A DNA stretch of 64,000 nt from Longimicrobiales bacterium (GCA_965197725.1 CBDANQ010000056.1:38696-102695); one strand, 5' to 3'; positions 18,034 through 28,228 are shown, numbered from the stretch's first letter. Numbers and translations: made by a program. Notes: generated by a model not told the origin, from the sequence alone.

Positions 18034-19667
18034 GATCCAGAGGACTCTTCAGGAGCGACGCCCCACCCCCCCCCGCCAGGCGACCGGATACTGATCACAT
18101 CGCCCGCGCTGACTGAGAATGTCGCTTTTCCGGGAAGGCGCTCCTCCACCCCGTCACGGATGAGGACGTTCTCGCCTGGCACGCCGTCTTCACCCCCGTA
18201 AGCGCCGGCCGGACCGACGGTCCGTCGTTCGCACAGGAGCGCCACGCGCGCTGGGCCCAGCAGCATGAGGTCGCGCCTCAGGCCGTCCCCACCTCGGTGG
18301 AGCCCCGCCCCGCCCGAGCCCCTCCGGATGCCGTATTGGGTCACGCGGTAGGGATATGCGTGCTCGAGCGCCTCGATGGGCGTGTTGAGCGAGTTGGACA
18401 TATGGCAGTGCACTCCGGAGAGGCCGGCCCCCGTCGGGCCCGCGCCCATGCCTCCACCCACCGTTTCGTAGTATGCGAAGGCTTCACCGGTGCGGGGGTC
18501 GACGCCACCCACGGTGGTGTTGTTCATCGTGCCTTGAGACAGCGCCGGCATGTGCTCGGGAAGCACGAGCCCGAAGGCCCGCATGAGCACGTCAGTGATG
18601 CGCTGACTCGTCTCGACGTTGCCAGCTGCGACCGATGCCGGTGGCAGCGCGTTTACGAGGGAAGCTTCGGGCAGCTCCATCGTGACCGCGGACATCGAGC
18701 CGCCACCCGCCGGGAGCGGCTCACCGAGCAACGCCTCGACGACGCACCGGACGACATAGCGGGCGGCCGAAGAGGTGATCGCGGCGACCGCGTTGATGCC
18801 GCCGGGCACCTGGGGTGACGTCCCGGTGAAGTCGATGTCGAGCCTAGGGCCTTGGACGGTCAGCACGGCCTTGATCGGGACCGGTCCCGAGCCGAAGCCG
18901 TCATCTTCCATGAAGTCCTCGGCCTCGTACCGCCCATCGGGAATCTTCTCGAGCCCGGCCTCGACCAGGCGATCGGCATACTCAATGAGCGCGTCCATGG
19001 CGGCGAGGGTTTCGTCGACCCCGCGCCGGTGCGCGATCTCGAGCAGCCGGGTCGAACCCGCGTGCAGCGCGCCGAGCTGAGCGTCGAGGTCCCCAGCGCG
19101 CTCCACGGGCGTGCGTACATTGGCGAGCACCGTCTTCCTGAGGTCGTCGTTCAAGACACCCGCGCGGTACAGTCTCACCGGAGGGATGCGAATGCCCTCC
19201 TCGAAGATCTCCCTCGCGAGTGGCATCGAGCCCGGTGTGGAGCCACCGACGTCACTGTGATGCGCGCGCGAGGCGACGTAACCGAGCAGGCGGGCCTGGG
19301 GGCCGTGGACCGCGGAGATGAGCGTGATATCGGGCAGGTGCGTCCCGCCCCGGAACGGATCGTTGACACATACCACGTCGCCCGGGTCCAGGCCCCCGAG
19401 CTCCTCGAGGGCCGCCTCGACGCTCATCGGCATCGCACCGAGGTGCACCGGCATGTGGTCGCCCACCGAGACCGCGGACCCGGCCGGATTGAAGAGCGCG
19501 CACGAGTAATCCTGGCGCTCTTTGATGTTCGGCGAGAACGAGGCGCGTTTCAGGGCGGCGCCCATTTCTTCCGCCAAGGCAGTGAAGAGATGGCGGAAGA
19601 CTTCGAGTTCGACCGCGTCGGACGCCGAGCGTGTGAACACGTGTAATAGCCTGGGTTTGGTCGTCAA
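18030..19667 (-). CDS. Hydantoinase B / 5-oxoprolinase family subunit
   Basis: SPNIKERQDYSCALF, PVHLG, NDPFRGGTHLPD, AHHSDVGG, PGGGGWG. Confidence 0.92.
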   Translation of the reverse strand: MTTKPRLLHVFTRSASDAVELEVFRHLFTALAEEMGAALKRASFSPNIKERQDYSCALFNPAGSAVSVGDHMPVHLGAMPMSVEAALEELGGLDPGDVVCVNDPFRGGTHLPDITLISAVHGPQARLLGYVASRAHHSDVGGSTPGSMPLAREIFEEGIRIPPVRLYRAGVLNDDLRKTVLANVRTPVERAGDLDAQLGALHAGSTRLLEIAHRRGVDETLAAMDALIEYADRLVEAGLEKIPDGRYEAEDFMEDDGFGSGPVPIKAVLTVQGPRLDIDFTGTSPQVPGGINAVAAITSSAARYVVRCVVEALLGEPLPAGGGSMSAVTMELPEASLVNALPPASVAAGNVETSQRITDVLMRAFGLVLPEHMPALSQGTMNNTTVGGVDPRTGEAFAYYETVGGGMGAGPTGAGLSGVHCHMSNSLNTPIEALEHAYPYRVTQYGIRRGSGGAGLHRGGDGLRRDLMLLGPARVALLCERRTVGPAGAYGGEDGVPGENVLIRDGVEERLPGKATFSVSAGDVISIRSPGGGGWGVAPEESSGS

Positions 19668-19771
19668 GGTGAGCGTGGTTACGTTATAAGGCTAATGAAG
19701 AAACCTAGCGAATGAAGGCCACAAAACGGCGCGCGGAATACGCGCTCATGAAACGATAAGCGGAGGCTGGT

Positions 19772-20032
19772 TTGGCAAAGGAGAAACTCATGGAACGGGC
19801 ACGCGACGAGCTGTTTAGCCACATCAACCGTTGCGGCGTCCTGCAGGCCGAAGATGACGACAAGAAACATTGGATGGATGAGACCATCGACTACATCAGC
19901 GAGCGTTACCCCGATCTGACCGATGGCGATTTGACGGGTCTCCGCGAGATCGGAATCCGATTCTGCCAGCCAGCCATCGCGCATGGCGCCGGCAGTGCTT
20001 CGAAAAAGCTGGACGACGCAACCGTGGTATAA
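19772..20032 (+). CDS. Small hypothetical protein (86 aa)
   Basis: GGAGG RBS before TTG, protein-like helical sequence, followed by a terminator. Confidence 0.7.
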   Translation: MAKEKLMERARDELFSHINRCGVLQAEDDDKKHWMDETIDYISERYPDLTDGDLTGLREIGIRFCQPAIAHGAGSASKKLDDATVV

Positions 20033-20055
20033 CGCCGGTTCGCGAACTTCATGTA

Positions 20056-20097
20056 GGGGCGCGGGGAGCCTACGGGGCCTCCCGTGCCCCCTTTTTT
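20056..20097 (+). terminator. Intrinsic terminator
   Basis: GC stem ggggcgcgggga..cc-TACG-gg..tcccgtgcccc followed by T6. Confidence 0.75.
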
Positions 20098-20287
20098 GGG
20101 GAGCCTCTGACCTTCAATACGTTCGTGCTCGCCCGCGACCGGGAACCCTCCAAAAACCTGGCCTTCTTGGGTGGCGAGGAGTTGGCTTCCCGCATATACT
20201 TCCGCCCGCTCGTCGCTGGATTTCCCGATGAGGGCGCCTTGGGCACTAGGGGCACGAGGACTTCGCTTAACTCTTCGAGCTGGCCTA

Positions 20288-20626
20288 ATGGTTGATGCGT
20301 TGCCGATAGACGACCAGAAGCAGGTGCTGAAACAGTACTATGCCGGCACCCAGATGGATTCCCCGAACGGGGGCTTCCTCATGCTACTCGGAATCCGACC
20401 TGGCCAGGCTGGCACCGCAGTGGGCTTGCTGGAGTGCAGCGTGTCGTCGCTCCGCTACCAAATCGTGATCCCCAAGGCCACGAGGGCTGAGCGCAAGAAG
20501 ATCAAGAACGCACTGGATGCCGGCGACGATCCCGACTGTCCGCGCCATGGCCCTGGTACGCGCCTCGTCAGGGCAGGGAAGAACTTCGTCTGCAACTCCT
20601 GCGGAGTGGCTTACGCCCGCGTATAG
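20288..20626 (+). CDS. Hypothetical protein with C-terminal zinc ribbon
   Basis: CPRH...CNSC. Confidence 0.65.
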   Translation: MVDALPIDDQKQVLKQYYAGTQMDSPNGGFLMLLGIRPGQAGTAVGLLECSVSSLRYQIVIPKATRAERKKIKNALDAGDDPDCPRHGPGTRLVRAGKNFVCNSCGVAYARV

Positions 20627-20692
20627 CCATTAGATTGCCCTAGAGATCTCTCATTCGCGTCGACCTGCGGCGGTCGGCAAGGAGCTTCCTAC

Positions 20693-21805
20693 ATGCCCGA
20701 CCGATTCCTCAGTTCAGAGGAATACGACGAGCAGGCGCACAAGCTCTACAACGACGGTGACTATGACGGGGCCCTCGAGATGCTAAAAGAGGGCCTCTCA
20801 TTATATCCCACCGCCGTAGAGCTGTACGTCGGCCTGGGATATGCACGATTGGCAAGAGAGGAGTACGCTTGGGCTCGGAAGGCCTTCGAGCAGGCGGTCG
20901 TCTTGGATGGCGCCCACGAAGATGCCTTGGTCGGCCTCGGCGAAACCTTGCTCCGTTTCGGTGAGCAAGAGCACGCGCTGAGGCTCTTCGATGAAGTCGC
21001 CGCCATGGGGTACAATGACGACATCGAGCTCATGCTCACGATGGGGCGTGCGCTGTACCGCGAGGCGCTCTATGCCCAGTGCCGGGATGTCTTCGCGAAG
21101 GCCGCCGCGGCCCGACCCGATAGCGCGGACCCCGCCGCCTCGCTCGGCTATGCGCTGCATCGCCTCGGCGACGATGTCGGCGCGGGTCGCCAGATTCGGA
21201 GGGCGCTACGCCTCGACCCCGACCTGCACGAGGCGCGGGTCTATCTCGGTCACCTCTTGTACGATCGGGGGGACTGGGAAGGCGCGCTGCGCGAGCTCGA
21301 GCGTGTGCCCCCGCACGAGCACTGGGACGCGTTGGCCGTGTGGAGGCTCTTGGAGCTGAAGCGCGCGCTGTGGCATCTGGACGCGGGTGACCCGCGGCTG
21401 TCGCCTTGGGAGCTGCGTCTTCGGGAGCTCGAAGATCTCGACGACCCGATCGATCGGCTCTTGGCCGAGGTCGAGTCACGGATGCGAGGCGCGCAGCCCG
21501 GTGCCTACTTCGATCCCAGCCAGCTGGAACTCTTCGAGCGCAGCCAGTCGGGAGAGTCGGAGGGCCGACACGTCGTGCGGCTCACGGACGGACACCAGAT
21601 GCGTGGGACCTGGTATGAAATTGTTCGACAGATGAGAGACCAGGCGGGTTTTTCGCATGAGACGATTGCGCACTACATGCGTCGACTCGCGGAGCGCTGG
21701 CATGAGCAGAGTGGTGTGGAGATCCCGTTCGCCGACCCCGAGTCGTTCCTGAGAGCCGCCGTCGAGGCGGGCTTGGTGCGGCTGGAGGTCGAATCGGAGG
21801 AGTGA
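20693..21805 (+). CDS. TPR-repeat protein with small C-terminal domain
   Basis: Multiple TPR-like helical repeats; AAGGAG RBS. Confidence 0.85.
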   Translation: MPDRFLSSEEYDEQAHKLYNDGDYDGALEMLKEGLSLYPTAVELYVGLGYARLAREEYAWARKAFEQAVVLDGAHEDALVGLGETLLRFGEQEHALRLFDEVAAMGYNDDIELMLTMGRALYREALYAQCRDVFAKAAAARPDSADPAASLGYALHRLGDDVGAGRQIRRALRLDPDLHEARVYLGHLLYDRGDWEGALRELERVPPHEHWDALAVWRLLELKRALWHLDAGDPRLSPWELRLRELEDLDDPIDRLLAEVESRMRGAQPGAYFDPSQLELFERSQSGESEGRHVVRLTDGHQMRGTWYEIVRQMRDQAGFSHETIAHYMRRLAERWHEQSGVEIPFADPESFLRAAVEAGLVRLEVESEE

Positions 21806-22458
21806 TGGGCGAGACCGAAGAGGTACTCTCGAGATTCTATGGCGCACTCGTCGACGAGATATGTGCGCAACGCCCCGACTACCTCACGGCGCCGTTCACG
21901 GTCGCGGAGATCTACCAGAACCTCGTTCCGTACGGTTCGCACCGTGACCGCATCGGTGTGCAGATGAACGGTGACTACGAAAACGCTCTGCTGCGTCTGC
22001 TCGCAGGGGAGGGCGGCTACCTGATCCTCGAGTCCGAGACGGCGCTCCGAAACCTTCGCGAGGAGCTCGAGTCCTCGAACCCCAACACCGGCGCGTACCG
22101 CGAGTACGCCGCTGTAGACGTGCGCCTCAATTCCGACGGGCTCGCCGGACAGGCGGTCACTTCCCACGAGGTCCCCGTGGACGATCCGACCCTGCACGAG
22201 CCGGATGGCGATGTCGACCCGGGCATTCTCGGCACCGCCGGGGCCGAGTCGGCCCAGGAAGCGTCGGAGTTCGAGTCCGACCACGAACCGCAGCCCTCTT
22301 GCCGCTCGTGCCGGGCCGATCTCCCGGAGAGGGGCACGCTGAACTTCTGCCCGTTCTGCGGCACGGACGTGCACCTCGTGACCTGCCCGGCGTGCGGCGC
22401 GGAGTTGGAGCCGGAATGGAGATTCTGCGCGGCCTGCGGCACCGAGGTCCACGCTTGA
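21802..22458 (+). CDS. Double zinc-ribbon domain protein
   Basis: CRSC, FCPFCG, CPACG, FCAACG at the C-terminus. Confidence 0.8.
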   Translation: MMGETEEVLSRFYGALVDEICAQRPDYLTAPFTVAEIYQNLVPYGSHRDRIGVQMNGDYENALLRLLAGEGGYLILESETALRNLREELESSNPNTGAYREYAAVDVRLNSDGLAGQAVTSHEVPVDDPTLHEPDGDVDPGILGTAGAESAQEASEFESDHEPQPSCRSCRADLPERGTLNFCPFCGTDVHLVTCPACGAELEPEWRFCAACGTEVHA

Positions 22459-22910
22459 CGGAAGCGCTCCATCAGAGGCCCTTTCTTCTTGCGCTCCTGA
22501 TCGTGGCCGCCGGCACGTCCTGTCAGGTGGACCCCGAGTTGCAGCCGGATGAAGTGCTGCGCTCTGAACTCGGATTGACTGATCGTGACGAGGTTCACCG
22601 CGTGGTCATCACGGGAGGGGACGTCGAGCTGGCCGCGCCGCGGGCCACCACGATTCAGCCCGGAGCCTACCTGGAGTTCGTGACCGGCGACTGGTTCGTG
22701 CATGAGATCATCTTCGAACTCGACTCGTTGCCACCGGACGCTCGGGCGTTCTTGGAGAGCACCGACCAGGTCGCGTCACCTCCGCTACTGCGGTTGGACA
22801 GCAGGTACGTGGTGAGCTTCGAGGGTTGCCCCCCCGGCCGGTATCCGTTCGTCCTGGAGGGCAGTGGCGCCGCCGGACGTGGGGTGGTGGTGGTCCAAGT
22901 GAGACCTTAA
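22455..22910 (+). CDS. Putative lipoprotein, cupredoxin-like fold
   Basis: Hydrophobic signal ending AGTS-C; TIQPG..V.F..HEIIF..PGRYPF pattern; canonical Cu ligand set not evident. Confidence 0.55.
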   Translation: MTEALHQRPFLLALLIVAAGTSCQVDPELQPDEVLRSELGLTDRDEVHRVVITGGDVELAAPRATTIQPGAYLEFVTGDWFVHEIIFELDSLPPDARAFLESTDQVASPPLLRLDSRYVVSFEGCPPGRYPFVLEGSGAAGRGVVVVQVRP

Positions 22911-22945
22911 GCTCCGAGCCTTCTAGGAACTTCTTCCGCGTGTAG

Positions 22946-23848
22946 ATGCCTAGAGTTGCGCTCATTCCCGGAGACGGTATCGGCGTCGAAGTCGTGCGCG
23001 AAGCTCGCCGCCTGTTGGAGGCGTTGAACGCGCCCGAAGGTCTCGGCTTGGAGCTGGTCGACTGGGACCTCGGTGCGGAGCGGTACCTGCGTGAGGGTGT
23101 CACGATCACGGACGAGGAGTTTGCAGGAACAACGGACGAGGTCGCGATCGGGGAAGACGTGAACACGCGAAAGGGGGTGGCGGGGATCATCCCAGGACGG
23201 AACGCGCTGGTCGAGCCCGTGCACGGATCTGCTCCGGACATTGCGGGCAGGGGGACGGCGAACCCCATTGGGGCCATTCGTTGCGTTTCGCTCATGCTCG
23301 ACCACTTTGGTCATTCTGACCTTCCACGGACTGCTAGAGTTGCGCTCATTCCCGGAGACGGTATCGGCGTCGAAGTCGTGCGCGAAGCTCGCCGCCTGTT
23401 GGAGGCGTTGAACGCGCCCGAAGGTCTCGGCTTGGAGCTGGTCGACTGGGACCTCGGTGCGGAGCGGTACCTGCGTGAGGGTGTCACGATCACGGACGAG
23501 GAGTTTGCAGGAACAACGGACGAGGTCGCGATCGGGGAAGACGTGAACACGCGAAAGGGGGTGGCGGGGATCATCCCAGGACGGAACGCGCTGGTCGAGC
23601 CCGTGCACGGATCTGCTCCGGACATTGCGGGCAGGGGGACGGCGAACCCCATTGGGGCCATTCGTTGCGTTTCGCTCATGCTCGACCACTTTGGTCATTC
23701 TGACCTTGGGGAGCGTGTGGAGGCTGCGGTTGCCGCTTCGGTTGAAGCGGGGAGAACTACGCCCGACCTGGGGGGGAAGCACTCGACGGAAGATGTCGGC
23801 CAGTGGATTATCGCGCATGTCGCCGGGGTCCATGCCGCGAGCGATTAG
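22946..23848 (+). pseudogene. Isopropylmalate/tartrate dehydrogenase family gene, internally deleted and tandemly duplicated
   Basis: [10 protein letters not shown] and [12 protein letters not shown] each appear twice; the central RENTEG and DILTD catalytic segments are absent. Confidence 0.8.
22950..23707 (+). repeat. 374-bp direct repeat x2 with 10-nt linker
   Basis: 22950-23323 equals 23334-23707 (no difference found by eye); linker ccacggactg. Confidence 0.95.
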
Positions 23849-23876
23849 AAGCGAACTAGAACAGGCGGAATCCGAT

Positions 23877-25139
23877 ATGGCGGAACGACGCACGATCGGT
23901 CAGATACTGATGAGCCTCGGGAAGATCGACGAGAAGGACGTCAACAAGGCCCTCGAGTACCAGAGGGACAACGGCGGCTACTTCGGTGAGGCGCTCCTGG
24001 GGTGTGGTTTCGTATCGGCGGACGAGCTCGAGTGGGGGCTCGCGTCCCAGTTCGACCTCCCGTACGTGTTCCCCGACGCCGATTAGATCGACCCGGAAGC
24101 CGCCGCGCTGGTTTCGCCCGAGTGGGCACTGGCGCACCTGACGCTTCCCATCTTGAAGACCGGCGACACGCTCACGGTCATCGTCGAGTCGCCCATCAAG
24201 ACCGTGGCGGTCGATGATTTGCAAGCGCGCACTGACCTCAACATCGAACTGGCGCTGGCTTCGGCAGCGAAAATTCGGGAGTTGATCCGGCAGGTGTACG
24301 CGCGCGGCACGGCCGCCGAGGAGGCACGGCGTCCTTCACCGGTCTCGCTCACCGACGGGATGGGTCTCGCGCTCGAAGCCGGGTCGGGAAGGTTCGGTAT
24401 CTCGACTCGGGGTCACCGCGCCTGGTTCTGGTGGGATGACGTCGGCACTATTCGGCGGCGTCCGCTCGAAGGGCTGTGGGAGGCCGAGTTGGCCCAGCTC
24501 GTCGACCCGGCCCCCATGGAACAAGTGAAGGGTCAGATTCGCGTAACGTTCGAGGGCGGACTGAGCAGGGCGGGAATCGTCACCCCGGTCGAGGTTCGGT
24601 ACCTCTCGGATGAATCGGGTTTCGAGTTCCTGTTCCGGCCCCAGGAGGAGCGGTCCGCACTTCAGGATCGCTTCCAGGAGCCCAGCCCGGGCATACTCTC
24701 CGAGATCAGGCTTCTGGCACGGTCGGGTTCGGCGCGTTTTGTCGTGACGTCCGATCCGATTGAGCTAGGCCACGAGATTCTGCCCCACCTGCCTAACCTC
24801 CTGCTCGATCCCTCCTGGCGCAGCATCTACATCAACGCGCAGGACCAGGACGCGGCCGAGGAGGCGTTCAGCATGAAGATGCCGACCGACCCGGAGCAAT
24901 GGGCGAGTGAGCTGGAGACGCTACGCGCCTTCCACTTCGATGTCGTGACCGTCGACCTCACCGGTAACCAGGCCGACTGGGCAGGGAGTGCGTTGGACAT
25001 CGCGTCTGTCGCATTCCTGCTTTGGCCGGCGAGCCAGGATCGACGTCCGGCGTACGAAGCCGGGATCCGCTGGGAGATGCACATCGCTCGAGAGGAAGGC
25101 GGTCACGTCGAGCGGTCGCTCGAGCCCCTGCACGCGTGA
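23877..25139 (+). pseudogene. MshEN/GspE-N domain protein with degenerate PilB-like ATPase body; in-frame TAG at 24084-24086
   Basis: TIGQILMSLG..ALEYQ..FGEALLGCGFVS..LASQFDLPYV; frame continues DAD*IDPEAAALV into ORF 24153-25139. Confidence 0.7.
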
Positions 25140-25177
25140 GACACGAGACCTACTGAAGCGCACGGAGAAACCGTCAC

Positions 25178-26257
25178 ATGGCGCAAATCGATCAATTCTT
25201 GAAGGTGCTCGTCGAGCAGGGGGGCTCGGACCTCCACCTCACGGTCGGTGCTCCTCCCATCATCCGAGTTCATGGTCACATGCAGCGGCTGAAATTCCGC
25301 GAGCTGACCGGCAAGGACATGGAGAGCCTCGTCTACGAGATCATGGACGAGGAATGGCGTATGCGCTTCCTCGACAACATGGACTATGACTTCGCGTACG
25401 AGATCCAGGAATTGGCACGCTTCAGAGTGAACGTCTTCTGGCAGCGGAAGGGTCTCGCGACGGTCATGCGGACCATCCCCTCCGAGATCCTAACCTTTGA
25501 CGATCTCGGCCTACCGGAGGTAGTTCGGAGGTTCTGCATGCTGACCAAGGGGCTGGTGCTGGTCACGAGCCCGACGGGCTCAGGCAAGAGCACGACTCTG
25601 GCCGCGATGGTCGATTGGATCAACGATGAGCGCGCGGATCATATCCTGACGATCGAAGACCCGATCGAGTTTACGCATCCGAACAAGAAGTGCCTCGTGA
25701 ACCAGCGCGAAATCACCACGAACACCAAGAGCTTCGCGAACGCGCTGAGGGCTGCGTTACGTGAGGACCCGGACGTCATTCTCGTCGGTGAGATGCGCGA
25801 CCGGGAGACGATCGAGCTCGGCATCACCGCGGCTGAGACCGGTCACTTGGTATTCGGAACGCTGCATACTTCATCCGCCCCGAAGACCGTCGACCGCCTC
25901 ATCGACGTCTTTCCGGCAGATGAGCAAGAGCAGATCCGCGCGATGCTGGCGGAGTCGCTCAAGGGAGTGATCGCACAGATCTTGTTGAAGACCAAGGATG
26001 GCAAGGGCCGGCGTGCCGCCTTGGAGATCATGGTAGGCACCAATGCCGTATCGAACCTCGTCCGTGAAAACAAGATCCACCAGATTCCGTCCATGATCCA
26101 AACGGGAAAGAAGGATGGAATGCAGCTTCTGGATCAGCACATCCTCGAGTTCCTGATGTCGGGGGTCATTTCGGCGGAAGAGGCGTACATGAAATGCAAC
26201 AACAAGTCTGCGTTCAAGCAGTATCTCGACGAGCCGCCCTCGACAGAGTTCGTTTGA
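25178..26257 (+). CDS. pilT: Type IV pilus retraction ATPase PilT family
   Basis: SDLHL, RFRVNVF, PTGSGKSTT, TIEDPIE, LREDPDVILVGEMRD, ETGHLVFGTLHT. Confidence 0.92.
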   Translation: MAQIDQFLKVLVEQGGSDLHLTVGAPPIIRVHGHMQRLKFRELTGKDMESLVYEIMDEEWRMRFLDNMDYDFAYEIQELARFRVNVFWQRKGLATVMRTIPSEILTFDDLGLPEVVRRFCMLTKGLVLVTSPTGSGKSTTLAAMVDWINDERADHILTIEDPIEFTHPNKKCLVNQREITTNTKSFANALRAALREDPDVILVGEMRDRETIELGITAAETGHLVFGTLHTSSAPKTVDRLIDVFPADEQEQIRAMLAESLKGVIAQILLKTKDGKGRRAALEIMVGTNAVSNLVRENKIHQIPSMIQTGKKDGMQLLDQHILEFLMSGVISAEEAYMKCNNKSAFKQYLDEPPSTEFV

Positions 26258-26275
26258 TTCTCTGACGGCCTCGGC

Positions 26276-26848
26276 ATGATCCCCACGCATGTGTCGGACC
26301 TCGAGAAGATGATTGTCGAGTCCGAGCGGCAGCGCGCTGAAGTCGATGGGGTCCTCGCTTCTCTCTCGGCTGAGCAGGCTCTCTGGCGGCCGAATGAGCG
26401 GAAGTGGTCGGTCCTCGGGCACGTGGCGCACCTGTGCCTTCTGAACGAGCCGTATGTCGAGGCCATGCGGGCGTGCATCACGAGGTCCCACGAGGCGGGG
26501 CGCCTCTCTGACGGCCCGTACCGTCATCCATGGTTCGGGCGCTGGCTCACAAACGTCATGGAGCCGCCGCCAAAGCGGCGCATGGGAACCGCCAAGGCGA
26601 TGGTTCCGCACCCGAAGCTCGACGGGTCCGAAGTGGGCCCGAAGTTCGCGCGCGTTCAAGGCGATCTTGCCCAGCTGATGGAGGACGCGCGTGGCGTCGA
26701 CCTGGGCAGGGCACGATTTTCTTCACCGTTTGCGTGGTTCGTGCGGCTCTCGCTCGGCACCGGTCTCTCCGTCGTTCTCGCGCACAATCGCCGACACGTC
26801 TGGCTGGCGGGTGAGGTCATGGACTGGAACGGATTTCCTGAGAGGTGA
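26276..26848 (+). CDS. DinB family protein
   Basis: WRP..KWSVLGHVAHL, AHNRRH. Confidence 0.8.
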   Translation: MIPTHVSDLEKMIVESERQRAEVDGVLASLSAEQALWRPNERKWSVLGHVAHLCLLNEPYVEAMRACITRSHEAGRLSDGPYRHPWFGRWLTNVMEPPPKRRMGTAKAMVPHPKLDGSEVGPKFARVQGDLAQLMEDARGVDLGRARFSSPFAWFVRLSLGTGLSVVLAHNRRHVWLAGEVMDWNGFPER

Positions 26849-26886
26849 TCGGAAAGGGGGGCGGCCCAGCCCCCTTTCCGATCACC
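26844..26886. repeat. Long GC-rich inverted repeat (terminator- or REP-like hairpin)
   Basis: ggtgatcggaaaggggggc / gccccctttccgatcacc, 18-bp stem with one extra G; no T tract. Confidence 0.7.
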
Positions 26887-26994
26887 CCTGTAGACCCCCG
26901 GAGACATCTGACGGCGTGAACCGGCGGCGCCCTCGGGGGGTAGTTTGTGGTCCGCTGGTTTTCCGAATCTGATCCCGGCTCGAACGGAGGCCCA

Positions 26995-28200
26995 ATGCCA
27001 ACCCAAGGCCACGCTTGCGACGTCGTCGTTCTCTCCGGCAAGCGAACGGGGTTTGGCACTTTCGGCGGATCGCTCAAGGACTTCACGGCCACCGATCTCG
27101 GTGTGATCTCGAGTACTGCCGCGATCGCGGCGGCGGGCATCTCGGCGGACAAGGTCGATCACACGTTCTTCGGCAACGCGCTGCAGACCTCTGCCGACGC
27201 GATCTACCTGGCGCGTCACGTAGCGCTGCGCGCCGGCGTTCCGCAGGAGAAGGGTGCGCTTACCGTGAATCGCCTGTGTGGCTCTGGGTTCGAGGCGATC
27301 GTTCAGGGCACGAAGGAGATCATCCTCGGGGAGGCTGACGTCTGCCTCACCGGCGGTACCGAGTCGATGAGCCAAGCCCCCCACGTGGTGCGCGGCGCCC
27401 GTTTCGGCAACCTCCGACTCGGGCCAGCCGGCAGGCAGTTCGAGGACCTTCTCTGGGAGTCCCTGCTCGACACGCATTGCGACCTGACCATGGCGCAGAC
27501 CGCCGAGGAGCTGGCGGACCGCTACGAGGTGTCACGGGAAGAAGTCGACCGCGTCGCCGTGGGCTCTCAGCAGCGCGCCAAAGCCGCCTGGGATGCCGGC
27601 CACTTCGACGCGGAGATCACCCCCGTCACCATCAAGACTCGAAAGAGTGAAGTCACGTACGCGGCAGACGAGCACATGCGTCCCGAGACGGGGCTGGAGG
27701 CGCTCGGCGCGCTACGCCCGTACTTCAAGAAAGACGGCTTGGTCACTGCTGGGAACGCGAGCGGCATTGGTGACGGCGCGGCGAGCGCCGTTCTCGCGAG
27801 CGCCGAGTGGGCGGAGGCCCACGGTGTGCGCCCCCTTGGCCGGATCGTGTCGTGGGGCTTCGTCGGTGTCGAGCCGCAGGTGATGGGCATCGGACCCGCG
27901 CCCGCGTCCCGTCTTGCGCTGGAGAAGGCAGGAATGTCGTTGGAGGACATGGACCTCGTCGAAGTGAACGAGGCGTTTGCCGCGCAGTACAAGTCGGTCG
28001 AGAAGGAGCTCGGCCTCGATGCGCAGAAGACGAACGTGAACGGCGGCGCGATCGCGATCACGCATCCGCTGGCGGCTTCCGGTGCGCGGATCACGATCCA
28101 CCTGCTCCACGAGCTACGTCGTCGTGGCGGCAAGTTCGGGCTTGGTTCGGCGTGCATCGGCGGGGGTCAGGGCGGCGCGGTCGTCGTCGAGGCCTTCTAG
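26995..28200 (+). CDS. Acetyl-CoA C-acyltransferase (thiolase)
   Basis: NRLCGSG, NEAFA, GGAIAITHP, CIGGGQG. Confidence 0.95.
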   Translation: MPTQGHACDVVVLSGKRTGFGTFGGSLKDFTATDLGVISSTAAIAAAGISADKVDHTFFGNALQTSADAIYLARHVALRAGVPQEKGALTVNRLCGSGFEAIVQGTKEIILGEADVCLTGGTESMSQAPHVVRGARFGNLRLGPAGRQFEDLLWESLLDTHCDLTMAQTAEELADRYEVSREEVDRVAVGSQQRAKAAWDAGHFDAEITPVTIKTRKSEVTYAADEHMRPETGLEALGALRPYFKKDGLVTAGNASGIGDGAASAVLASAEWAEAHGVRPLGRIVSWGFVGVEPQVMGIGPAPASRLALEKAGMSLEDMDLVEVNEAFAAQYKSVEKELGLDAQKTNVNGGAIAITHPLAASGARITIHLLHELRRRGGKFGLGSACIGGGQGGAVVVEAF

Positions 28201-28228
28201 CACGGGCTGCTAGGCCTCGAGGGGGAGT

